From the NCBI GenBank assembly GCA_031962025.1, contig JAVRKW010000001.1: 64,000 nucleotides of DNA; one strand, written 5' to 3'. A program made the translations under genes and the position numbers. The DNA is from Pseudothermotoga sp. (GTDB taxonomy: Bacteria; Thermotogota; Thermotogae; Thermotogales; DSM-5069). Positions 1 to 10,853 of the stretch are shown here, one piece after another (the stretch's first letter is position 1; every line of letters starts with the position of its first letter). A model generated the notes under the pieces. The model did no database searches, was not told where the DNA came from, and saw only the letters and a program-made list of their open reading frames with translations.

Positions 1-924
1 ATAAAAATTGAGGCTGTGAATTTCAGACCACCAGAGGCAACCAGTGAAAGGGTCAACTTTGAAAATTTAACTCCAGATTACCCAAAAGAAAGGTTCATAC
101 TTGAGACATCAAGGGATATTCTTTCTACTCGATTGATTGATATTTTTGCGCCAACCGGTAAAGGTCAGCGCGGTATGATAGTCGCGCCGCCGAAGGCTGG
201 TAAAACCACTTTACTCAAGGAAATAGCCAACGGTATAGCCATAAATCATCCTGAAACCCATAGAATTGTACTGTTGATAGATGAGCGACCAGAAGAAGTT
301 ACAGATATACGCGAATCTGTAAATGCGCAGGTCATAGCAGCACCGTTTGATATGGCACCTGACAAGCAGATAAAAGTTGCAGAGCTGACACTTGAAATGG
401 CAAAGAGATTGGTTGAATACGGGCATGATGTTGTCATATTGCTTGACAGTCTCACAAGGCTTGCAAGAGTGTACAACATACAGGTACCACCGAGCGGGAA
501 ACTTTTGAGCGGTGGTGTTGATCCAGCGGCTCTTTACAAACCAAAACATTTTTTTGGAGCGGCTCGAAGCACAAGAGAAGGTGGGAGTCTGACAATCATC
601 GCAACGGCGTTGATAGAAACTGGTTCCAAGATGGATGAAGTGATTTTCGAGGAATTCAAAGGCACCGGTAATATGGAGCTGGTTCTTTCAAGACAACTGG
701 CTAATAAGAGAATCTTCCCGGCTATAAACCTTCAGCTTTCAGGTACTCGCAAAGAAGAACTGTTGCTCAGCGAAGATACACTCAAAAAAGTCTGGATACT
801 GAGAAGAGTACTGAGTGGCATGACAGAAGAAGAAGGTCTGAATTTTATTTTAAGAAAACTTCAAGAGACAGAATCAAATGAAGATTTCCTTGCTCTTATC
901 GACCAGCAAAAGGTAAAATATTAG
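1..924 (+). CDS. rho: Transcription termination factor Rho (5'-partial, begins upstream of the window)
   Basis: Frame open from base 1; motifs [48 protein letters not shown]. Confidence 0.97.
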   Translation: MKIEAVNFRPPEATSERVNFENLTPDYPKERFILETSRDILSTRLIDIFAPTGKGQRGMIVAPPKAGKTTLLKEIANGIAINHPETHRIVLLIDERPEEVTDIRESVNAQVIAAPFDMAPDKQIKVAELTLEMAKRLVEYGHDVVILLDSLTRLARVYNIQVPPSGKLLSGGVDPAALYKPKHFFGAARSTREGGSLTIIATALIETGSKMDEVIFEEFKGTGNMELVLSRQLANKRIFPAINLQLSGTRKEELLLSEDTLKKVWILRRVLSGMTEEEGLNFILRKLQETESNEDFLALIDQQKVKY

Positions 925-939
925 ACGGAGGTAGAGACC

Positions 940-1884
940 TTGTACGTGATCGGAATAGACCTTGGAGGAACCAATTTTGCAGTTGGACTGGTTGATGAAA
1001 CCGGAAGGATCGTCGCTCGAAACCACGGTAAGACAAAGGTGGATGATGGTCCACAGGTTGTTGCCAAAAGACTGGCTGAGGCGGTTAACAGGATAAAAGA
1101 AGGTTCGCAAGTACTGGCTGTAGGTGTTGGCTCTCCTGGTAGCATAGATCATAAAAAAGGTGTTGTGAGATTTTCTCCCAACTTTCCTGGGTGGCATGAT
1201 TTTCCACTGGCTGAAGAGATCAAAAAATACACTGATCTGGAAGTTTTCGTAGAAAACGACGCGAATGCTTACGCACTTGGTGAGCACACTTTTGGAGTGG
1301 GAAGAGGTTATGATCATCTTGTCTGCCTTACCCTTGGAACAGGTATCGGTGGAGGAGTAATAACTCACGGGGTTCTTCTAAGAGGAAGCACGGGTATTGG
1401 TGCTGAATTGGGACACATGAATGTGCTTCCAAATGGTCCAAAGTGTGGCTGTGGTTCAAATGGATGTCTTGAAGCACTTGCCTCGGCAACTGCGATGAAG
1501 AGGTTTGTTCTTGATGGATACTCCAGACATACGGATTCTTCGCTCTTTAAGCAGAAAACACCCGATCAGGTAACACCGAAAGATATCTTTGAGCATGCAA
1601 AAATGGGTGATCAGTTTGCTCTGAGCATCTTTGATACAGTAGTCAGTGCTCTGGCTGTAGCTATTGGCAGTTTGGTGAACATATTCAATCCGCAACTGGT
1701 TGTTCTCGGTGGTGGCATAGCAAATGCCGGGGAATTTTTGCTCAACCCTGTTTTTGAGAGATCTAAGGATTATGTACTACCAACGATGCTGGGGACTTAC
1801 CAGATAAGGTTGAGCGAACTTGGTAAAGATGCTGGCATTCTCGGTGCGGCTTCGATCGTTATCGAGAGGATGAAAAAAGCTTGA
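940..1884 (+). CDS. glk: ROK-family glucokinase
   Basis: GIDLGGT, ENDANA, GTGIGGG, GAELGH and CGCGSNGCLE motifs; TTG start after GGAGG. Confidence 0.88.
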   Translation: MYVIGIDLGGTNFAVGLVDETGRIVARNHGKTKVDDGPQVVAKRLAEAVNRIKEGSQVLAVGVGSPGSIDHKKGVVRFSPNFPGWHDFPLAEEIKKYTDLEVFVENDANAYALGEHTFGVGRGYDHLVCLTLGTGIGGGVITHGVLLRGSTGIGAELGHMNVLPNGPKCGCGSNGCLEALASATAMKRFVLDGYSRHTDSSLFKQKTPDQVTPKDIFEHAKMGDQFALSIFDTVVSALAVAIGSLVNIFNPQLVVLGGGIANAGEFLLNPVFERSKDYVLPTMLGTYQIRLSELGKDAGILGAASIVIERMKKA

Positions 1885-2354
1885 GAATCTTGCTCATTTC
1901 GGACCTGCACGTGCCTACTAAATTGCATAGCCTGCCAGATGAATTACTGCATATAGCCCAGCAAGTTGATGCAGTTATTGCCACAGGTGATTTTGTCGAT
2001 TTACAGACTGTTTTAACACTGCAGGCGTCGTCAAAAAATCTGTACGCTGTTCATGGTAACATGGATGATATAGATGTAAAAGAACATTTACCGTCAAAAA
2101 TGATGGTTCAGATTGAGTCGATGAAGGTGGGAATCTGTCACGGCTGGGGTTCTCCTTTATCGATACGTGATAGAATTCTCTCGGTTTTTGATGATAAGCC
2201 AGATATCATATTCTATGGTCATACTCATAAAACCGATGACTCTGTTTTAGAATCTGTGAGATTCATAAATCCCGGTTCTTTCTGTGATGATAAAAGTTTT
2301 GCATTGGTGGAAATATGTGGCAGTCAGTTGAAGATCCAGTTCAACAGATTATAG
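1881..2354 (+). CDS. YfcE/MJ0936-like metallophosphoesterase
   Basis: SDLH, GD, GNMD, HG, GHTH, NPGS motifs of calcineurin-like phosphoesterases. Confidence 0.88.
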   Translation: MRILLISDLHVPTKLHSLPDELLHIAQQVDAVIATGDFVDLQTVLTLQASSKNLYAVHGNMDDIDVKEHLPSKMMVQIESMKVGICHGWGSPLSIRDRILSVFDDKPDIIFYGHTHKTDDSVLESVRFINPGSFCDDKSFALVEICGSQLKIQFNRL

Positions 2355-3298
2355 ATAAGATCTTGCTTGATATAAAAAACACTGTACACGGTAAGCTGCT
2401 GGTTGCCTTCTCCGGTGGTGAAGACAGTTCACTTGTTGCATACCTTTCCAAGCAAGCCCTTGGTAAAGACAGAGTAGTTCTTGTAAATGTCGATTGGGGT
2501 ACTTTCACCTACAAAACGGCAAAAGACGGTGTTGTTGAAATGGCTAAGGATCTTGGTCTTGAGCTGATTTTTGTGGATGGCCAGCACAGACAGTCTCAGA
2601 TATGGCGCCACGGACCAAGTTGCAATGCGTGTACTCGCTTTGCAAAACTTCAATCTGTGCTCGATGTGGATCACACGTCGTACGTTGCAACAGGTTCAAA
2701 CCTTTCAGATAGCTGGGGACAGAACGGAGTAAAGCTCAACGGCAGAGTTTATTCACCGTTGATCGATCTGGATAAGAAAACTATAAGGTTACTTCTTGAT
2801 CACCTCGGTATTCGACCAGTGAAGATAGGGGAGTCTTCTCAACGTGAAGGCTGTAAATTGAAACATCTTATGAAGATGATGACGAATCCTTCGTACCATG
2901 GCGAAGCTGTCAGCTCCTGTAACGAAACCCTGCTCTCTTTTCTCAACCAGATTAACTACAAACCGACACTGGCGAATGTAAAAATAATTGGTCCTCTTTC
3001 CAGAAATATCGCACTGGTAAATGTCTTACCGCATTTGGGTGAACAGGAATCAGATCAGGTCGTTCAAAGATTGAGAACCATTGATAAAGTAGATGAAATT
3101 CACGTGCTGAAAAAACCGGTTAAACTGAAAATCCTGGCAAATCCGGGTCTGTTCAACGACCCCGTGGCGAGATTGAGGGTTTTTCAGGGATTTATTCAAA
3201 GGGATTTTGCCGTCCCGGTTTGTGCTGAATGGTATAAATCTACCAATTCACGCCTGAGAACCTTCCAGGTAGTGGGTTTTGAGTATGACAATAGATGA
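2315..3298 (+). CDS. PP-loop (adenine nucleotide alpha-hydrolase) ATPase of unknown substrate
   Basis: AFSGGEDS PP-loop, CNAC and GCKL cysteines; start codon uncertain. Confidence 0.72.
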   Translation: MWQSVEDPVQQIIDKILLDIKNTVHGKLLVAFSGGEDSSLVAYLSKQALGKDRVVLVNVDWGTFTYKTAKDGVVEMAKDLGLELIFVDGQHRQSQIWRHGPSCNACTRFAKLQSVLDVDHTSYVATGSNLSDSWGQNGVKLNGRVYSPLIDLDKKTIRLLLDHLGIRPVKIGESSQREGCKLKHLMKMMTNPSYHGEAVSSCNETLLSFLNQINYKPTLANVKIIGPLSRNIALVNVLPHLGEQESDQVVQRLRTIDKVDEIHVLKKPVKLKILANPGLFNDPVARLRVFQGFIQRDFAVPVCAEWYKSTNSRLRTFQVVGFEYDNR

Positions 3299-6092
3299 GA
3301 TTTTTAAAAAAGCCGAAAAACCCATCTTGATAATAGTCCCAACCGAGCACGACGCACAATCACTGGCATCAGAACTGGGTGCAATGTATTTTCCTTCTCA
3401 CGACGTTTTCCCATTTGAAGAGATACCTGTTTCCATGCCGGTGAGAAAAAGTCGTATAGAAGTTCTCTGGAGATTGGCAAACGGTTCAAAGGATGTTATA
3501 GTCACAACACTTCATGCGATTAGCAGAAAAACGTTTTCTTGTGAGCAATTGAAGAGTTTTACAAGAATTTTGAGGATCGGGGACGAGTTTCGTGACTTTG
3601 AACAGTTCCTGTTTAAAACAGGTTACGAAAGGGCTTTTCTCGTAAGAGCACAGGGAGAATTTTCAGTTCGTGGTGATATTGTCGATTTTTTTGGACCTTC
3701 TTACGATAAACCGATTCGAATAGAACTTTTTGGCAACAGAATTGAGAGCATCAGATTCTTTGACGTGATTTCTCAACGCTCTGTTGAAACACTTCAAGAA
3801 GTTGTTTTATTGCCTGCCCGTGAGTATATCAGCGATGTTCATTCCTTTGATACTGTTCCTGGCAAGGCTGGTTCCAACTCCACCATCTTTGATTATGCTT
3901 CTTTCAACACCTTTATCGTTGATTTTGAAAGATGCCAGCAGGAATTCGCAAAAAGAGAAAGGGAAATCCGCGAGATTCTTGAGAAAGATCTGGTCGACGA
4001 GTATGTCGAGCACTCTCAGGTGAGCCTATCGGAGCTGGTCAAATTCATTGAAAGGTTCACCCCATTGGAGTTTGACCTCAAAACCCTGAAGCTAACGGCA
4101 AAGAGTTCTAAGGTGGAACAATTACCGATTCTGGATGAAGAAGAACTCAGTGTAGGTGATTATGTTGTTCATAAAGATTACGGTATAGGCGTTTATAAAG
4201 GTGTTGAAAGAGTTGAAAATCCGCTGGGTGTGAGAGAATACATCGTAATAAAATATGAAGATTCAACCATATATGTGCCTGTTGAAAGACTTGACAGGAT
4301 TCACAGATACATCGGAGACATTCAAAATGTGAAGATAGATAGATTGCAATCCAGAAGCTGGACGAAGCGCGTCGAAAGAGTCAGAGAGAATTTGAAAGAG
4401 AGGATCACCGAACTGATTAAAATATACACAAAAAGGCATCAGGCAAAGGGACTCAGGTTGACTGGTGACACAGAGCTTGAGAAGGCATTTGCACGAACTT
4501 TTCCATACGTGGAAACTCAGGATCAATCGGTGGCAATTGAGGAGGTGCTCAATGACCTGGCAAGCGATGAACCTATGGACAGGCTTTTATGCGGAGATGC
4601 CGGTTATGGAAAAACCGAGGTGGCACTGAGAGCGGCTTTTCGATGCGTTGTGTCTGGTAAACAGGTTGCAGTTTTGGTTCCAACAACTGTTCTGGCAAAG
4701 CAACATTACAGAGTTTTCAAAGAAAGAATGGAACCCTTTGCAATTTCGGTGCAGGTTATAGACCGGTCTGTGAGTAAATCTCAAAGAGACAGGATTTTTG
4801 AACAGTTGCGTGATGGTACCGTGGATGTCGTCATTGGCACCCATGTACTTTTATCTGAGAAAGTGAATTTCTCAGACCTTGGGCTTGTCATCATAGATGA
4901 GGAACAAAATTTTGGAGTGGAACAAAAAGAAAAATTCAAAAAACTACGGTTAAATGTAAATGTTTTATCTCTCAGCGCAACACCTATCCCAAGAACTCTT
5001 CACATGGCTCTTAGTGGAATGAAAGATATGAGTGTTCTTAACACACCACCGTTTGGTAGATTGCCGACCATCACCTACGTTGCAAGGTACAGCGAACAGC
5101 TTGTGAGAGCAGCGGTGCTCAGGGAGATCAACAGAGGTGGACAGGTTATATATGTACACAACAGGATACAGGATATATACGACGTGTATGAACGGTTGAA
5201 AAAAATTTTACCGCAGGTCAGGATCGTTGTTGCGCACGGTAGAATGAACTCCAAGAAACTTTCCATGGCAGTCAGGAGTTTCTATGAACATGAAGCTGAT
5301 GTCATTGTCTGTACGTCGATCTTAGAAAACGGAATCGATATTCCGAATGCAAATACACTCATTGTGGATGACTCACATCGATATGGTCTGGCTCAACTTT
5401 ACCAGCTCAGAGGCAGGGTTGGACGGAGCGATAAGCGTGCCTTTGCATACTTTTTGTACGATTCAGATCTGGAGGACTCCGCTGCCCGCAGGCTTCAAGT
5501 TATAAAACAGTTTTCAGGTCCTGGCAGTGGGCTGCAACTTGCGATAAAAGATATGCAGATGAGAGGTATAGGCTCTGTGTTCGGCTTTGAACAGCATGGA
5601 GTCATCAACGAAGTTGGTCTCAATCTCTATTTAGAAATCATGGGTGAACAGTTAAAGAAACTTAAAGGTGAATCGATTGTTGATGAATATGCTCATGTTG
5701 ATACAGAAATAGAAGGTATACCAGGAGAGCTGGTTATTCCTTCAGATTACATTGAAAATCCAATGGAACGCATGAGGATATACAGAAGGCTGGCATCCTG
5801 CAAAACTGTCCAGCAGGTTGATGATGTACTGTCCGAATTGAGAGATAGGTTTGGTGAATATCCACAGCAGGTGATTTTGCTTGCGGAGATTTTCAAACTC
5901 AGACTGATAGCATCTATAAAGGGAATAAAGAAGATAAGATATGAAGAAAACACCTTGCAAATTTTCAGTGAAAAACAGCTTAATATCAAAACCAACAAAA
6001 GATATCTCTACAACGAAAGATTCAAGGCGTACTTTTTCAATGACGTTGAACCTGAAGAGGTACTGAGTTTTGTGAAAAAACTACTTTTCTGA
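3285..6092 (+). CDS. mfd: Transcription-repair coupling factor Mfd
   Basis: UvrB-homology part (FSVRGDIVD), RID domain (GDYVVHKDYGIG), helicase motifs GDAGYGKTEVA, DEEQ, SATPIPRT, QLRGRVGR; C-terminal TRCF domain. Confidence 0.95.
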   Translation: MTIDEIFKKAEKPILIIVPTEHDAQSLASELGAMYFPSHDVFPFEEIPVSMPVRKSRIEVLWRLANGSKDVIVTTLHAISRKTFSCEQLKSFTRILRIGDEFRDFEQFLFKTGYERAFLVRAQGEFSVRGDIVDFFGPSYDKPIRIELFGNRIESIRFFDVISQRSVETLQEVVLLPAREYISDVHSFDTVPGKAGSNSTIFDYASFNTFIVDFERCQQEFAKREREIREILEKDLVDEYVEHSQVSLSELVKFIERFTPLEFDLKTLKLTAKSSKVEQLPILDEEELSVGDYVVHKDYGIGVYKGVERVENPLGVREYIVIKYEDSTIYVPVERLDRIHRYIGDIQNVKIDRLQSRSWTKRVERVRENLKERITELIKIYTKRHQAKGLRLTGDTELEKAFARTFPYVETQDQSVAIEEVLNDLASDEPMDRLLCGDAGYGKTEVALRAAFRCVVSGKQVAVLVPTTVLAKQHYRVFKERMEPFAISVQVIDRSVSKSQRDRIFEQLRDGTVDVVIGTHVLLSEKVNFSDLGLVIIDEEQNFGVEQKEKFKKLRLNVNVLSLSATPIPRTLHMALSGMKDMSVLNTPPFGRLPTITYVARYSEQLVRAAVLREINRGGQVIYVHNRIQDIYDVYERLKKILPQVRIVVAHGRMNSKKLSMAVRSFYEHEADVIVCTSILENGIDIPNANTLIVDDSHRYGLAQLYQLRGRVGRSDKRAFAYFLYDSDLEDSAARRLQVIKQFSGPGSGLQLAIKDMQMRGIGSVFGFEQHGVINEVGLNLYLEIMGEQLKKLKGESIVDEYAHVDTEIEGIPGELVIPSDYIENPMERMRIYRRLASCKTVQQVDDVLSELRDRFGEYPQQVILLAEIFKLRLIASIKGIKKIRYEENTLQIFSEKQLNIKTNKRYLYNERFKAYFFNDVEPEEVLSFVKKLLF

Positions 6093-6770
6093 AACCACCT
6101 GAAACAGGTACTCATCGGAGCTTTTAAACACAAACAGATCGACTCGTTTTGATTTCTTATCGGATAGTTCAAGCACAAGGTCTTTGTTCATTATCACATA
6201 TCTTCTGGCACTTTGTATTGGAACGGAGTGGTAATATCCAATGAACTCGAGTTTTTCCACTCTGTTTTTATAATGCATTAAAAAATTCTCCAAAGTTTTT
6301 AGCGCTTCGTCTGTTCTGGGAAAAGAAGATGGTTTGAACCTCATGATCTTCAAAATCGGAAGGTTTTTTTCTCTCACCTGTGCTTTCATGAGATGATATT
6401 GCTTGGACTCAACGTTAAAATGGAAATCTTCTGATTTTATCATCTGCTGAAAGGATTCTCTGTTATAGAACAAAGATACTGAAATTTTGGGATGTATTGT
6501 TCCTTCGTTTACCAGAATTGTCTTTGTGCAATCTGACGAATTGATCCGTACGTCTTGCTGGCTTTTTTGCAACGACTTGATCACCAATTCACTGTCAGGT
6601 GACTTTAATTGTTTTACCGAGCAAGAAAATGTATTGAATTTGTCGTTAACGTTTACCAGCACAGGTAGATTCTGGATAAATGGTGCAAATGACAGTGGCT
6701 GAATGTTGTTGACTTTAATGAGTCCAAATTCCATCTTCAAAGATTCAATCAACTGCCTGAAGATTTGCAT
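6081..6770 (-). CDS. Hypothetical protein, last gene of the flagellar/chemotaxis operon
   Basis: 229-aa ORF overlapping its upstream neighbour; no motif recognised. Confidence 0.65.
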   Translation of the reverse strand: MQIFRQLIESLKMEFGLIKVNNIQPLSFAPFIQNLPVLVNVNDKFNTFSCSVKQLKSPDSELVIKSLQKSQQDVRINSSDCTKTILVNEGTIHPKISVSLFYNRESFQQMIKSEDFHFNVESKQYHLMKAQVREKNLPILKIMRFKPSSFPRTDEALKTLENFLMHYKNRVEKLEFIGYYHSVPIQSARRYVIMNKDLVLELSDKKSKRVDLFVFKSSDEYLFQVVSEK

Positions 6771-7240
6771 ATGTATTCAAGTGCCTTTTGAAGTCTCTGG
6801 AAAGGTTCAAGAATATCGATTTCTTCAACAAGCTGTTTGAATCTTTCCAATTTTTCTTTTGAAATTTCCCTGTTTGAAGAAATACGAACGGCGCCTGATC
6901 CAAATGGAATAATGCATTCATCTGGACTTGGCTGTTCAATTTGCTCCTGAGATGGGACAGTCGGAATAACAAAGAAAACGTTTTCAGAAGCGTCCATCAA
7001 AATCGAAGTGTCGGTAAAGACTATTTCCGGTCTGTTTTCAACTTTTTTCAAAAGTGATTTTGCAATGACCTCTGTGTTCAAATAACTTTCCAGTGATTTG
7101 CCATACAAAATTCTCTGTAAAGGAGTTGGGGTTATTGGATCTGTATATTTGAACTCATGTGGTATGCCAGATTCGTCGATTATCAGCAAGCCTCCAACGT
7201 ATTTCTCATCCATTTTCTTAACCGATAGGTACCCTATCAC
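6749..7240 (-). CDS. Conserved hypothetical protein
   Basis: 163-aa ORF, 4-nt GTGA overlap with the upstream ORF; protein-like composition (GIPHEFKYTDPITPTPLQRILYG). Confidence 0.75.
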   Translation of the reverse strand: MIGYLSVKKMDEKYVGGLLIIDESGIPHEFKYTDPITPTPLQRILYGKSLESYLNTEVIAKSLLKKVENRPEIVFTDTSILMDASENVFFVIPTVPSQEQIEQPSPDECIIPFGSGAVRISSNREISKEKLERFKQLVEEIDILEPFQRLQKALEYICKSSGS

Positions 7241-7533
7241 AGTCTCACATCCAGTATGAATCCTTTTTTCTCCTCTTTTTCAGGGTGTTGCCGTTTTTTA
7301 CCAAAATAATATCCTCCAGAGCCTCTTCCGCCTTCTTCAGTTGCTGTTTTCACGATTTTCTCCTCAATCCTGTTATCGGGGTTAACCATTTTCGTTTGTT
7401 GCTGTGACTTGATGATGATTTCCGATTTTGCCAGCTCACTTGCTGCTATCTGGGTGTTGATGCTCTGGGCGGCAGTTGAAGATATATCAGTTCCCTTCAC
7501 AATTAACGTCTGAAGATCGATTGGTGTTATCAT
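7237..7533 (-). CDS. Small hypothetical protein downstream of fliA
   Basis: 98 aa, GGGGAG RBS, ITPIDLQ N-terminus and GFILDVRL C-terminus, similar to small flagellar-operon proteins. Confidence 0.7.
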   Translation of the reverse strand: MITPIDLQTLIVKGTDISSTAAQSINTQIAASELAKSEIIIKSQQQTKMVNPDNRIEEKIVKTATEEGGRGSGGYYFGKKRQHPEKEEKKGFILDVRL

Positions 7534-8227
7534 TGTTCTCCCCCAGGATGTACCTTTTGATTTTCAAAAGTGCACTTGATAAAATCTGTGACACCCTTGA
7601 CTCACTCACCCCAATAATTAGACCGATTTCCTTCAAAGAAAGATCTTGCTCAAATCTCAGTGACAGCACCAACTGTTCTCGAGGTTGCAGCATTTTTATA
7701 GCTTGTGCCAGTTTTTCGGCGATGATTTCTTTGAAAGCAGATTGCGAAGGTTCATCCTGCTCACTCAAGTTATCGGCAAATGAATCGAAATCTTCATATA
7801 GGTATTCATCAAGCCTCAGCAATTGTTTTCTAACAGTCTCATCCAGTGCTCTTTTCACTTCATTGCTTGTTAAACCTGTGTGCAGAGCTATTTCCTCGAC
7901 AGTGGGATATCTGTTCAACCTGGATTCAAGTTCATAGGCTGCCTTTTCGACCTCTTTGACATTGTGCCTGAGGTTTCTTGGCATCCAGTCTATTCTTCTC
8001 AAATAATCGTACATTGCACCTTTAACCCTTTTTATGACAAAGGCGTGCAGGTTAGTACCTTTTTTCGGATCATACCTGCGAACAGCTGATAAAAGTGCTA
8101 AGACACCTTCCTGGACCAGATCGTCAAACTCCACATTTTTGGGCAAGTTGTGGAGCAAATCTGATGCTATTCTTTTCACGGCGGGCAACATCTCTTTTAT
8201 TATTTCTTCTTCACTGATCTTGTACAC
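7487..8227 (-). CDS. fliA: RNA polymerase sigma-28 factor FliA/SigD
   Basis: DDLVQEG, GAMYDYLRRIDW, LSLKEIG...VSESRVSQI; flagellar context. Confidence 0.93.
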   Translation of the reverse strand: MYKISEEEIIKEMLPAVKRIASDLLHNLPKNVEFDDLVQEGVLALLSAVRRYDPKKGTNLHAFVIKRVKGAMYDYLRRIDWMPRNLRHNVKEVEKAAYELESRLNRYPTVEEIALHTGLTSNEVKRALDETVRKQLLRLDEYLYEDFDSFADNLSEQDEPSQSAFKEIIAEKLAQAIKMLQPREQLVLSLRFEQDLSLKEIGLIIGVSESRVSQILSSALLKIKRYILGENNDNTNRSSDVNCEGN

Positions 8228-8240
8228 ATGATCATCCTCT

Positions 8241-8726
8241 CTATATTTCGATGATCTGTACAGTTTCTCCTCCTCCCACCTTTCTCACCAGCAGTTTGCC
8301 GGTCTCGACATTGTACTCAATGCTCCTTGCTCTGTTACCACCTGTATCTTCACCTTTGAGTGGTATGCCGTAGTATTTGAGCCAGTACTTCACGGCATCC
8401 GCGTTTTTCTTGCCTATGTTCATGGCGTTTGACTCAAACATCGCAGCTCCACCAGCGATCTTAGCCTCGATTCTTGACTGAGAAGCCCCCATTTCAACGA
8501 GTTTTTCGATCAAATATTTAACCGCTGTATCTGCATATTTTCCCGGATTTTTAATGTCTTTATCCGGACTTTCCGGTAACATTACATGTGCCATCCCGCC
8601 TATGCGCGCAACAGGGTCTCTTACACAGACACCAACACAGGACCCCAATCCAAGTGTGACAATTATGGCTGGATTTTTCTCTATCGCGATTTCTCCAATT
8701 CCAATTATTGTTTTCTTAACCATCAA
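8241..8726 (-). CDS. cheD: Chemoreceptor glutamine deamidase CheD
   Basis: LGSCVGV, GGMAHVMLP, KIAGGAAMF, EDTGG motifs. Confidence 0.95.
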   Translation of the reverse strand: MMVKKTIIGIGEIAIEKNPAIIVTLGLGSCVGVCVRDPVARIGGMAHVMLPESPDKDIKNPGKYADTAVKYLIEKLVEMGASQSRIEAKIAGGAAMFESNAMNIGKKNADAVKYWLKYYGIPLKGEDTGGNRARSIEYNVETGKLLVRKVGGGETVQIIEI

Positions 8727-9325
8727 AGTCCCACCTTCGAAAAGATTTTCTCCAAGCTTCCCTGCCTTGGTATCAAAAGCATCTGTGAAGTGGCAGATTT
8801 GATGTCTTCCACGCTCAATTCCGTTTCAACGAATATGGCATTGTCTTCATAATTTTCACTTGCCAGTATAGCTTCCGAGACGATTGCAACCAGCATATCT
8901 ATACTCAGCTCAGGTGGTAAAGGATCCAAGTAAAGCTGAGTGAACTCTGCAAGGGCTGTGATGTAAGAACCACACATGATATTGCCGATTTCTTTCAAAG
9001 CAGATACCGACATTTCATCGAGCTGTGTGATATCTTCACAGGGACTGCCAAGAAGATCTGTTAAAATTTTTTTTGCTGCATGTCTGTCTAAAATCAGCAG
9101 GATGTCAAACTGTGCATCTCCTTTCACAACCATCCTTATTCCTATCACGATATCCTCTGGTTGTGAAAACACGAATATGATTTTCTCTATCGGTACTGTT
9201 TCGACATTTGGCACAGTTATTTCAATTTTCTTTCCTGTGAGTGTTGATAGAGCAGTTGCGGCGTTACCTGTACCGATATTGCCAATCTCTTTAAGAAGAT
9301 CAAGCTGTCTATCATTTAACTGCAT
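8723..9325 (-). CDS. cheC: CheY-P phosphatase CheC
   Basis: Two EIGNI repeats; start moved to ATG 9325 behind GGAGG. Confidence 0.92.
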   Translation of the reverse strand: MQLNDRQLDLLKEIGNIGTGNAATALSTLTGKKIEITVPNVETVPIEKIIFVFSQPEDIVIGIRMVVKGDAQFDILLILDRHAAKKILTDLLGSPCEDITQLDEMSVSALKEIGNIMCGSYITALAEFTQLYLDPLPPELSIDMLVAIVSEAILASENYEDNAIFVETELSVEDIKSATSQMLLIPRQGSLEKIFSKVGL

Positions 9326-9326
9326 C

Positions 9327-10013
9327 TCACGCCTCCTCTCCACGGGATGCTTTTTTCATTTTCAATTCCTGCTGGAAAACAAAAACTACCAGTGATCTTT
9401 CTAATTGTTCAGGAAGTTCGAGAAATTGTACGCCATATTCGTAAAAACCGGTTGCTTCGTTTTTTCCGGCAGATCTCACAATCTGTGCCTTTTGCTGATA
9501 AAGTTTGATGTTTCCCAGATCCAGATTCACAAAGATTGGCTGTCCAACTTCAAGAATCTTGCTTGTACACATCAACATACCACCGGCACTGAAATCACGT
9601 GTCAAAAAACTGTATTCTTTGTCATCTCCGGGCAAATTATATGTCCCATTCAATACAAGTGGTATTCTGACATATCTTCGTCTTTGAATTCTTTTGACAG
9701 TCGGAGGAATTGTTATGTGCATTGTTAGAAAGTTGTCTTCATCTCTTCCATAGTCTAAAACACGGCTTGAAAAACCATAGACGACTTTATCTGACAGTGC
9801 GGTCACATAGATAAAATCGCCTCTTGGTAGAGGAACAAACCTTCCTTTCAAGCTTGGCATGGCTATCTTGAGTATACCTCTGTCAAAATATACTTCGTGA
9901 ATGGTGCTTTTGAGGACATCCTTTTTACCATCCTTGGACTCGACTTCTATGAGCAAAGGCATTCCCGGTCTGATAACCGTCTGTGCATCAACCTGAATGA
10001 TCTGCTCAGCCAT
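9327..10013 (-). CDS. PilZ-domain flagellar brake protein (YcgR/DgrA-like)
   Basis: QRRRYVR and DFSAGG c-di-GMP-binding motifs. Confidence 0.88.
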   Translation of the reverse strand: MAEQIIQVDAQTVIRPGMPLLIEVESKDGKKDVLKSTIHEVYFDRGILKIAMPSLKGRFVPLPRGDFIYVTALSDKVVYGFSSRVLDYGRDEDNFLTMHITIPPTVKRIQRRRYVRIPLVLNGTYNLPGDDKEYSFLTRDFSAGGMLMCTSKILEVGQPIFVNLDLGNIKLYQQKAQIVRSAGKNEATGFYEYGVQFLELPEQLERSLVVFVFQQELKMKKASRGEEA

Positions 10014-10022
10014 TCAAGCACC

Positions 10023-10853
10023 TCAACTGACACCGAAAAGTGCTTTTACTTTGTCGATGAAGGACAGTTTCCTGACAGGTTGTTTTTTCGATACTATATC
10101 TGCTATTCCGTGAATTGCCAGAGCTGGTTGAGACATCTTTTTTACTGTTACAAAAGGAATTTGTTTGTTAACGCTGTCTTTGACCAGCGGTTCATAGCGA
10201 ATCAAATGAGTTGATGTGATCGGAATACCTGCAAATCTGGTTATAACAGAGACAAATCTTTCCATAACCTTTCTTCCTTCTCGCATATCCCTGACCATGT
10301 TCATAACTATGTGAAAACCGTCTGGGTCAACACCTTTTACTGTCATCAGCTTCACAAAAGTATAGGCATTCACAAGCGAAGTTGGCTCACTGGCAGTGAT
10401 CATTATGAGATGGTCTGAGCTTGCGTAAAACCTTTCGAGTTCTTCGTTAAAGCCAGGGGGAAAATCAAAAATCACAAATTGGTAATTAGATGCCACACGC
10501 TGAAGATGGTTGTACAGATCTGATTTGTCCTGTAGGTTGAATGTTATTAGATCATCCACATCCATACCCGTACTTATCAGATCGACCTGATAAGGTGTCT
10601 GGAAAATGATTTTTTCAAGATTGACGCGCTTTTGCAGGAAATCTTTCAGCGTATTTTTCGGTGTAACACCCATTAATATTTCGGCATTGGCAAAACCGGC
10701 ATCGGCATCGAAGAGAAGTACCTTTTCACCTCTTTGTGCAAGTACTATAGCCAAATTCACCGAGATTATTGTCTTGCCAACGCCGCCTTTTCCGCTTGCC
10801 ACACTTATTACCTTTGGCTGGTCCTTTAACAACCCTTCAGCTTGATTGTGCAA
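10023..10853 (-). CDS. flhG: FlhG/FleN MinD-like ATPase
   Basis: SGKGGVGKT deviant Walker A; follows flhF; TTG start at 10853 (HNQAEGL) behind GAGGTG. Confidence 0.9.
   Translation of the reverse strand: MHNQAEGLLKDQPKVISVASGKGGVGKTIISVNLAIVLAQRGEKVLLFDADAGFANAEILMGVTPKNTLKDFLQKRVNLEKIIFQTPYQVDLISTGMDVDDLITFNLQDKSDLYNHLQRVASNYQFVIFDFPPGFNEELERFYASSDHLIMITASEPTSLVNAYTFVKLMTVKGVDPDGFHIVMNMVRDMREGRKVMERFVSVITRFAGIPITSTHLIRYEPLVKDSVNKQIPFVTVKKMSQPALAIHGIADIVSKKQPVRKLSFIDKVKALFGVS

Noticed and set aside
3285..4130. Short N-terminal region of Mfd (936 aa in total)
   Set aside because: The frame is intact with all core motifs; shorter Mfd variants are unremarkable.
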